A DNA stretch of 64,000 nucleotides. It comes from Paecilomyces variotii. Its lineage: Eukaryota. Location: the NCBI GenBank assembly GCA_004022145.1, contig RCNU01000003.1; one strand, given 5' to 3'. Shown here one piece after another: positions 54,845-64,000 of the stretch. The notes below the pieces were generated by a model. The model saw only the letters and a list, made by a program, of their open reading frames with translations. It was not told the origin of the DNA and made no database searches. How positions within the stretch are numbered: the stretch's first letter is position 1; each line of letters begins with the position of its first letter. The position numbers and the translations under genes were made by a program.

Positions 54845-57800
54845 CTAAGAGCCTCTAGCATTGCCACCGCCTCGCATTCTCTTGCCTGCATTTGCTCCGG
54901 CATCGACGCTGCCCTCAGCACCATCTTCCCTTGCACGCTTGTTGCCTTGAGGAATGAACTGACGAGCCTGAGCATTCAATGCGCCTCTGTTCGACTGGCC
55001 TTGACCTTGGACATTTTGTTGTCCTCCCCGACCTTGGCCACCGCCGCGTCCACCCCGGCCACGAGGCAGTCCAGAGCCACGCTGGCCCTGGCCCTGTGCC
55101 TGCTGCTGCTGCGTTGCCTGGGGGCCGAACGGATTCTGCTGCTGCTGTTGCTGCAGCTGTTGGTTCTGCGGTTGCATGCCACCACGTCCACCTCCTCTTC
55201 CCGCCCTAGCAATGGGGAGGCCGGACTGCAGTGCCCTCAGCGCGTTTGCACCGGCCATAGGGTGGTTACCAATGCCAGTCCCGGCTGGGGGCTTGTTCGG
55301 TAGGCCAGAAGGTTGCTGGTTCTGTTGGGACTGTCCAAAGGGGTTCTGAGGTTGGGATTCAGCCTGTTGCTGCTGTTCCTGGGCCTGCTGCTGTGCCGGT
55401 TGTGCTTGTTGAGTTGACTGCGCTTGATGCTGCTCTTGTGGTTGCACCGCCTCTTGTGCAGTGGCAGCTGGCTGAGCCTGCGCAGGAGCTACTTGTTGAG
55501 GCTCCTGAGCTGCAGATGGCTCCTGAGACGGGGCCTCAGCAGCAGGAGCAGGAGCCTGAGCAGGCGTAGGAGCAGGCGTAGGAGTGGGAGCGGGAGACGG
55601 CGCAGCACTAGCGGCTGCTTGAGGTTGGCCTTGTGCTGGCGAGGGAGGAGGCCGCTTAGGTGTTTGAGCCGGCGCAGCAGGGGCTGCTTTGGCATTCTTC
55701 GCAACCTCCCAGACTTCGACCACGGGTTTCTGTGGTGTCTCAACGGCGGCCTTCTGGACCACGTCAATCTTTGCTTGTGCGGTTCTATATCGTGTATCAA
55801 GCATGCTCATCTTCACGGCAGTCTTCTTGTCAGATAGCTCGACAGCAGACTTGATCTTTTCCTCCACTCCCTGCTCGTGGGCCTTCTTCAAAGCTTCTTT
55901 CTCCTCGTTGAACTTCTTCTCCAGCTCCGCCAAAGCTTCTTGGCTCTGTGCAGGAGCAGCCTGCTGAGCTTCCTGTCGTTCCCTCTCCTTGGCAATCCCT
56001 GTCCTGATATTCGCGCGAACAATGTTTCGAATGGTTTCATTCTTGGCAACCAGATTCCTTGCTTGGATGTCAGTAAGCTGGGGCAGGCTATCGTCCGCTT
56101 CCTTGACTGGGGTAGCGGGAGTTGCAGGAGCCTCTGCTGCTTTTTGAGCTGGTGTACCCTGCTCCTGAGGCTGCCCTTGCTGCTGTTGACTGGCCCTGAG
56201 CTTCTCGATCTCCTGTCGGTGATTGTTCCTGAATTCGTTCAACTTCTGATTGAACGTCTCCTTCATCCTATCTACCCTTTCCTTAATCTTGGCCTCGGCC
56301 TGCGCGTCCTTCTCCGCGAGAGCCGCCTCCAGTCTCTGGATCTTCTCTTCCAGAGCCTTGACCTTCTCCTCATCAGCCCCGGATGTCACTTGCACCGTCT
56401 GCGTAGGGAACTGAGATGCAGGAGTAGAGTTGATGTTCGTTCCATTCTCGGCGCTCACAGGAGCCGACACCGACGCTGGTTGTTCTGCCAGCTTCTTCTT
56501 CAGTTCATCAAGCTCCTCCCGTGTCGTCTTCAGTTCTTCCTGGATAACCTCCTTCTCTTGCAACACAGCATTGAGTTCCTGCTGCTTAGAATTGATACGT
56601 CCCGTCAACTCCTTGGACCTAGCCTTGAACTGTTCCGTGAGTTTAGCACGTAGATCCTGAATTCGCTCTTCGGCGTGTTTGAGCTGCTCTGGGAACGTTG
56701 CCGCCTGTGCCTGGAGATTGTCGCGGGCTGAGACTGCCTCGTCTCGTTCCTTTTCCAGCGTGGCGAGTTTCTCCTTCAGAGCTTCCATCTCGGCAGGGTC
56801 CACCCGGTCGTATTTCTGTAAGATATTTTGGGTTCGTTGCTGCCAGCGATCCCTATCTTCCTGGAGAAGTTTTATTTCTCCGTCTTTGATCTCTACGACA
56901 TTCTCAAGTTCGCGGATCCGAGTCTCCAGAGGTTCCATCTGCTGGACCAGCTCATCGACGCGAGCAGACTTCTCTGCAAGAGCAGCCTCGGCCTGTTTCA
57001 CCTGGTTTCGAAGAGTAACGCTGCTCTCACGGAACAGGTTGAGCTCGTTCAATGTCTCCATGAGCTTGTTGTGGCTCAGTGCGTTGTGATCGCTGTCAGC
57101 GGCCGCACGGCGCTGCTGCTCCAGCTTGAGACGGGTCTCATCGAGTTGCGACTGAGTGTAATCAAGCTGCTGTCGAAGGCGCTTGCTCTCTTGTGTCGAC
57201 AGATGATATTGTACGTCAACGATTTCCTTCTCTCTCCGCAGGTATTTAATAACCTCCTGCAGGCCCTCCAAGTTGGAGCTTGTCGTTTCGCTTTCCTCCT
57301 CGCCCTCCTGTATGTTGGCGCGATCCCGTTGCAACGTCGATATCTGGTTGGTAATGCTCTCGAGTTGGTTATGCAGCAAGGAGTTCTGGTGAAGGACCTC
57401 CTCGCGGCGTTTCTGCAACTCAGTGAGCTCACTCTCGTATCTTGCTTTCAGTTCGGTCCAGCTCTCTTCCTTCTGAGACAGATTCTTCTTTGCCGTCTCC
57501 GCTTGTGTTCTCAACTCAACAACTTCAAGCTTCAAGGTGTTGGCTTCAGCCCGGACTGTCTGGAGATTTTTGGCCGCCTCAGCATGCTTCAGCAGCTCGC
57601 TTTCGTAGTTCTGCTGTGCGTGTTGGGCGATCTCTGCTTGAGCCTTGAGGTCCTCCTGGTGGAACTGAGCAGCAGTACGCTGGCGCTCAGCCTCGTCCTT
57701 GAGTCTGGCAACCTCCGCTTCATACATCGCTTTCTGTTCCTCTAGACGACGACCAGCGTCTGCTTGTTCGTCGCGAAGTCTAGATAGCTCATTGTTGGAT

Positions 57801-60800
57801 GTAGATAGCTCAGACGTGATCTCCTCGATACGCTTTTCGAGATCCTGGATCCTCTTTTCCTTCTCCTCGACAAGGCGTTCAGTCTCCTCCCTGTATTGCT
57901 CCTGAGTCTCAGTGACGGACTGTAGCCGTTCTTCCGTTGCCTCACTGATAGCCTTGTAGTCTTCAACCTGCTCCTTGGCGTGCTCCAATTCAGACCTGGC
58001 CAGCTCGAGGTCGCGCTTCAACTCAGAGACTTCAAGCGCCAGTTCCTGCTCACGAGTGAGACCCATACCTTCTTCTCTCTCCTCGGTTGCCTCGGCAATC
58101 TGGGCTGGTGCAGCTGAGGGGGCAGCGCTCGGCTTCGACTGCAAAACTTGCAGTCGTTCCTCTGCGCTTTTCAGTTCCACGGTGAGCTCGTCGACCCTCG
58201 ACTGTAGGTGATCTCTGGTGGTCTTGACGGCCACCAGCTCCTCGCGGGCCGAGCCTAGAGTGGTGACGAGGTCGTCAATTCTCTTCTGGCTCTGTTCGTG
58301 CTCGTACTCTCGGCGAAGTGCTGCCTTCTTCGATTCTTCAGACTCCTCGTTGAGCTTCCTCTTTGTAGACTGCAGTTCCGATTCGAGGGACTCGACACTG
58401 AGCTGCAAGCGACGCCTGCTGTCGGCGTCGGTGTGTTCGCGTTCGTTCAGGATATTCTGTAGATTGGCGTTCAGAGAATCCAGACGACTGCGCTCGTTGC
58501 GCAAGGATTCGTTATCCTCGATCAACCTCCTCTCAATGCTCTTCCACAAGTCCTTCTCCGCCTTCAAGTTTGCGGTTTCCCTTTGCAGGCTGTCAATGAG
58601 TCCCTTGGCCTCCACCAGGTCTTCGGCGGCCTGTTGGGTCTTGATGTCCTGCCTGTTGGCGTTCTCCATAAGGGTGGCATAACGCTTCTGTAGTTCAGAG
58701 TTCTCATTCTTCAGCATATTGAAGTTGCTCTGAAGAAGTTCGGCCCTCTGGGTTGCCGCAGTAAGCTGGCTGTTCGACCGGCTAATCTCGCTCAGGAGCT
58801 CAGAATTCTTCCTTGACAGCTCATTGACCTGCTGCTTCAAAGACGCATGATCTGTTGCCGTCTCCTGTCGGAAAGTATCGAAGTGAGCCTGCACCTTACG
58901 AAGCAGCTCTCCATAATCAGTCATGTCCCTGGCTTGTTCATCTCCGGTAGGGGGCGTTGCACCGAAAGGAAGCGACTGGGAGAATGCAGAAGCATCACCC
59001 ACAGTCTGGCGTCTGCGTGTCAGCATGCTGCGGAATGTATCACGCTCCTTCACGTAGCTCTTTGTCTGCGCAACCAGGTTGGCAATCTCATCCCTATATG
59101 TCTGAACCCGAATACGAAGTTCCTTGAGCTCTTCCTGTTCTTGTATATAGGCAGCGTCCTTTTCGCGCGCCTCGGCACTCTCCATCTTGTCACCTATCTC
59201 GCGAAGCATCCTTCTCAGAGTAACGTTCTGCTGCTGAAGCTCGTTGAGATCCTTGAAGGTTGTGAGATTGCGGCTGATGAAACGGCCAGTGGCGGTGAGA
59301 TCGGCCATGGATTCGTCGATTTCATTGCGGGCAATCTTCTCAAGTTCTTCCCTGTCATACTCCTGCTCGCCTTCTCTAAGAAGGGTAACCTCGAGCACCA
59401 GAACCTTGACCTGCGCACTGAGGTCTCTGAGCTGCTGTCGAAGGATCTCTCCTTCACGGGTAAGTCCTTCAACCTGTCCTTGCCACTTCCTTGCTTCGCG
59501 AACAGCTTCATCTCTCTCCTTTCCAGCCGACTCCAAAATGTTAGACATGTCGACAACGGCGTTTTCGAGCCTTGCGTGGTCTGCGCGCAATTCGTCGATT
59601 TCAGGCTTGCTGGACTCAAGATCCTGAACCATTTCATCCAGAGTTGCCTTAAGCTCCTGGTTGTTCTTCTGCTCTGCTGCCAACATTGTCCGCATCTTGT
59701 CATACTCTGTGTACATCTGCGTGAGAGTGAGGCTGCCCTTGGTCCTTGAGGTCCGGGGAGAGAACGTTCCAACAGGAGTGCCCGCACGAAGTGGTGTAGC
59801 TGGACCTCCGTTCAAGCTTCGAGTTGGGCTCAAAGACCGGGTTCGGCCCTCTGTCTCGAGCTGGCTCACAGTCAATTCAAGCTCAGCGATACGTCGTTCC
59901 GCTGCCTCCTTGTCGGAATGCTCGCTTTCGATCTCCACACGCAGTCTAGATATTTCACCCGCCGCATCATCCTTTGCTTTCTCCAGAGCCAGCTGGCATT
60001 CCTGCACTCGTTGTTTGGCTGTCTCCGCAGCGGCACCCTGGAGTTCAGCAAGACGGTTCGAACTATCGAGTTCGATTCTGAACGATTCTGCGGCCTGAAT
60101 AGCCTCTTCCTTGAGTTGCTGAATGGTCGCGAGCGACTCCTCGTACTTCTGTTCTACTTCGTCGAGACGACTCTTCAGGGAGTTTTCATTGCGCCTGAGA
60201 GAGTCGATAGTCGCGTTGGCTTCTTCATTTTCACGCTGAAGCTCCGAGAGACGGGCGCTCTTCTCCTTGCGGAATTTGAGATACTCGGCTGACTTGGTCT
60301 TCAGCTCCGTCTCGAACCATTCATTGTTCCTCTTCGTCAGGTCTAGTTCCTGCTGCAAGTTCTGCTCACGGAATCTAGCACTGGCGGAAGCGGAGTTGGC
60401 GGCCTGGAGGTTCTGTTCGGCCGTCGAAAGTTCACGTCGCAGGTCGATTGTCTTCTTATGTTGGGCTGAAAGTTCCTCCGCGAGCTTGTCGTAGGCTGCA
60501 GTCTTCGACTCAAGAAGAGCAAGCGTATCCCGATTAGATGCTTCGAGCGAGCTGATTCGTGACTTCAAGGTGCTGACCTCGGACTCATTCGAAGTCGAGG
60601 AAGATTTGAGAGTCGCGATCTCAGACTCCAAGCTAGCTCGCGCATTTTCTGGAAAAAGAAAAATTAGAATGCATTTCAGCGTCGACAATGCCAGATGGCC
60701 ACTTTACCTGCTTCCTGCAGCTTTGTCCGCAAGTCTGCTCTCTCTGCAAGTCCCTTCTCAACTGATCCCTTCAGAACCTTGATTTTCGACTCGCTCGTGC

Positions 60801-60999
60801 GCACAGCATTTTCAAGCTCCACCTCCAAACGCAGCTTATCCGACTTCAATTCGTCATATTCACGCGCCTTGGTGGTGATGCTTTCCAGCAGTTGATTGAC
60901 AAGATCGACGGTAGGAGCTTGGGTGAGAGTAGTGAGAGTCGTCTCTGGGATCGAATAATGTGTAGATAAGAATGGTACGTCTACCGTAGCTGCCGCCAT
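54845..60999 (-). CDS. MLP1: Nuclear basket coiled-coil protein Mlp1/Tpr, 2 exons (intron 60707-60649)
   Basis: About 2030-aa coiled coil; LTLTQMY, LTTFKDLNELQQQNVTL, AQQNYESELLKHAE, YLRREKEIVD, LNLFRESSVTLR, RWQQRTQNIL; Q/P/G-rich tail with KR-type NLS. Confidence 0.93.
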
Positions 61000-61623
61000 G
61001 GCTACCACGCTTCAGCACTCTGTGCCACCGTATGTAGCAGGGAGCTGTTGAGAGTGGAAAAGCTCGATGCGTAGTGACGGGTCCACGTCGCGCGCGATGT
61101 GCACTGTTAGTATTGGTGCACTCAACGCTCCAACGACAAGTCTAGGACATATCGCAGCTAACAAAAGATGGATGAAGAAAAGACAGACAAAGGGAATGTT
61201 GAGATGACCAGCAACCCTGAAGGGTGAATGCAGTGGCCTGGATAACTAACTAAAGGAAGAGAGCTTCACTCGACTTGGAACTTGCGGGCGGTTTCCCAGC
61301 TGCTGCTTGTCGTCCCGGTCGGGTTAGCGCCGGTGGTTGGTGGCCACGTGACGTCGCCGCGTTCATGAACTCCTCAGAGTGGCTTCACTTGATATCAGAC
61401 CTCGACTCGCTTCTCCGCGGCTACTGCCTCACTGTTACCGCTGGAGACACTTTCAGCAGCCTCTTTGCTTACCTGTCAGACGAATTTATTGACTCTCTCG
61501 AGCGTGTCTGCCTAAGCCTTTTCCTCGCCGGCCTAGTTCCGTCGAGGCAGGGCCTTGGACCCTATCTGATATTCACCAGTGCCCAGCGAGGCTGATCCCA
61601 AGTAATACGTCGCGGTTCCCACC

Positions 61624-62520
61624 ATGTCGTATCTACAACAACAGATCAAAAGCTTCAACGCAAATGTCGTTGACGCCGCGGGGCGCCTCCCCCAGCAGAA
61701 GCGCACCGCTGGCAGCAACGGCGTCGTCGCGGGATCTGGGGTCTCTGCCAGCAGTTCCCAGCCTCCATCTTCAGGAACTTCTACACCTACTGGCGATCCA
61801 AAACGACGGCGGCATGATGCGGATATTGTGTACTCGCAGCCCGCGAACACAGGCACGGGCAAGGATATCATGACGCAGGTCCTCTTTGCGATTGAGCACA
61901 TGAAAGCGAAGGGCGTACCTCTCAAGTTCTCCGATATCGTCTCATACCTCTCCCTCCAGCACCGCGCGAATGATCAGGGATATATCCATGCTCTCCGTAG
62001 CATTCTCCAGGTTCACGAGAAGGTTCAATATGACCCGAAGGGCGCCAACGGCGAAGGCACGTTCAGCTTCCGTCCGCCGCACAATATCCGCAACGCGGAA
62101 CAGCTGTTGAAGAAGTTACAGTCGCAGCCCACGGCCGCTGGTATGAACGTACGAGAGCTTCGAGAGGGTTGGCCCAACGTGGAAGACACGATCAACCAGC
62201 TGGAGAAGGAAGGAAAACTGCTCGTTACGCGGAACAAGAAGGACGACCACGCCAAGATGGTGTGGGCCAATGATCCGTCCCTTATGCAACGCTTTGACGA
62301 TGAATTCAAGCAGATCTGGGAGAAGATCAAGGTTCCTGACCAGCAGACTGTGACGGAGGAGCTGGAAAAGGCCGGTATCACTCCCACGAACAAGAACAAG
62401 GTCGTCAAGGCGCGGCCAAAGTTTGAAATGAAGAAGACCAAGAAACCTCGACGAAGTGGTAAAACCACCAATACCCACATGATGGGTATCCTGAGAGACT
62501 ACTCTCATCTGAAGCGGTAG
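61624..62520 (+). CDS. TFA2: Transcription factor IIE beta subunit
   Basis: VYSQPANTGTG, FRPPHNIR, ELREGW, FKQIWEKIKVP, C-terminal KTTNTHM. Confidence 0.93.
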   Translation: MSYLQQQIKSFNANVVDAAGRLPQQKRTAGSNGVVAGSGVSASSSQPPSSGTSTPTGDPKRRRHDADIVYSQPANTGTGKDIMTQVLFAIEHMKAKGVPLKFSDIVSYLSLQHRANDQGYIHALRSILQVHEKVQYDPKGANGEGTFSFRPPHNIRNAEQLLKKLQSQPTAAGMNVRELREGWPNVEDTINQLEKEGKLLVTRNKKDDHAKMVWANDPSLMQRFDDEFKQIWEKIKVPDQQTVTEELEKAGITPTNKNKVVKARPKFEMKKTKKPRRSGKTTNTHMMGILRDYSHLKR

Positions 62521-63410
62521 ACGAGCAGAGCCTACGTCTGGAAGCCTCTTATTTCCGGGCTCAAACAATCCTGCATCTGACTTATGAATGATCAATTTGC
62601 ATTTCCCGGCGCTCTGGTTTAGTTCGGCTTGGTCTGGTCAAGTTATCGGGGACCTCTATCCCTTCTTCTATTCCTTTTTCATTTTTCTTTTTTTTTTCCT
62701 GCACTCCTGCTTCATCTAGAACATGCCCTCGAAGAAAAACGAGGCTGACCATATTGTCTTATGTGTTCGTTTACGACTTTTAACTTGACATCAACTCAGT
62801 ACCACCAAAGAAACAATTCTACTAACACCAACAAAACAGGACATGTCTATTCTTTCCACTACACTGCACTTGAAGCGCGGATTTATTGGAACATAAATCA
62901 TAAAAAATCAAAAATCAGATACCCCTTAAAGGAAAAGAGAAATAAAAATTGAATATCATCTCGAATGCCACTTTTCCCAGTTCTTACCGTAGAACTAGTT
63001 ATAATCTTTATATATATATTACAGTAGAATAAGTAGCAGAGCTAATTCTTCACGGAGAAACATAAAAGCCACAGTCCAAGGGCTATTTATGAGAGAGAAA
63101 AAGAGTAGTCGAAAGATGCATGAAGTCGACAACGCGAACATAGATGAGAATATGTACTGTATATGTAAAAGAAAAATATATATAAAACGATGAAGTAATA
63201 ACGTATATGCGAAAAAAAAAATCTCATCTCGCCAACTCTTTGGTCTTCTCTTTCTTCTTATTTTTTTTTCTTGTATATGATGATTTTAACCCGCCCCCCC
63301 TAGAACAGTATACACCAAATACACATTTGATTTGATCTACCAGAGATCATCTCAGTATTCTATATATCAATATATAAGAGCGCGCCATTTCCTTCATAGA
63401 AAACAGAAAC

Positions 63411-63939
63411 TTAATGCTTTCCATTCAAGACCGGATTTGAGCCAGATCCCTCGATCTTCTCAACATATTCCACTAAATCCTCGATCGTGCAGACTTTCAA
63501 GCCCCATTTCTTGCCGAATTTTAAACAGCTGTCTCGGCGCATCATGCCGTTGTTGCCGCGGAGTTCGGCCACGCCGGCAACTTCCTCGCCGTCCTCGACC
63601 AGTTCCGCAATGACGGCCGCCAGGGGCTTGTTTGCCAATCGACAGAATTCGACCGCAGCTTCGGTGTGACCCGTTCGTTCCCGGACGCCGCCTGGTCGTG
63701 CTCGGAGAGGGATAATGTGGCCTGGTCGTCGGAAGCTGTCGGGGCGAGCGTCGGGAGAGGCAAGTGTGCGGCAGGTAAGAGCGCGGTCATGCGCAGAGAT
63801 ACCGGTCGTGATGGAGGGGTCGCTCGAGTCAATGGACACGGTATAGGCGGTTCCTTTCGGGTCTGCGTTCTCGACAACCATCTGGGGCAAGGATAGCTTG
63901 GTTGTGAGCTCAGGGCTGATCGGCGCGCAGATAAGTCCA
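63411..63939 (-). CDS. RIB3: 3,4-dihydroxy-2-butanone-4-phosphate synthase, last exon (5' part outside the window)
   Basis: GLICAP, TAYTVSID, TTGISAHDRA, FRRPGHIIPL, RTGHTEAAV. Confidence 0.93.
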
Positions 63940-64000
63940 CTACATAGAACATAGAGTCAGCTCGTGTTTAAAGAAATAAAAATAATGATTTGAGTTCCAT

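Noticed and set aside
54812-60494. Many long plus-strand ORFs (up to 305 aa)
   Set aside because: Antisense shadows of the codon-biased MLP1 coding sequence

Overview
Eukaryotic DNA from a filamentous ascomycete. Gene content and short GT-AG introns with CTRAC/CTRAT branch points suggest Eurotiales (Aspergillus/Paecilomyces-like); the species cannot be fixed from sequence alone. The backbone is conserved housekeeping genes: RPN9, GAA1, a rhomboid, dienelactone hydrolase, YTP1-like, UBP8-like, DAM1, CRAL-TRIO, HNT1, an M20 amidohydrolase, RPS10, SDE2, GEP3, a PDR ABC transporter, MDP1, a DCTN6-like gene, MLP1/TPR, TFA2 and partial RIB3. Between them lie small accessory or decayed patches: a PD-(D/E)xK-like gene divergent from an HNH pseudogene, a RIP-type kinase pseudogene and a 346-bp TA-flanked MITE. 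The most striking observation is a tRNA-Ser(CGA) gene at 495-659 (-) with two introns. One is an ordinary 23-nt anticodon-loop intron. The other is a 61-nt insert in the T-stem with full spliceosomal signals (GTAAGT...ACTAAC...CAG), whose exact removal restores a perfect 81-nt cloverleaf; the two introns can also base-pair with each other. A hairpin built from near-copies of this tRNA's 3' exon lies at about 16.75-16.85 kb. Exon boundaries were read by eye and homology calls come from recognised motifs, not database searches.
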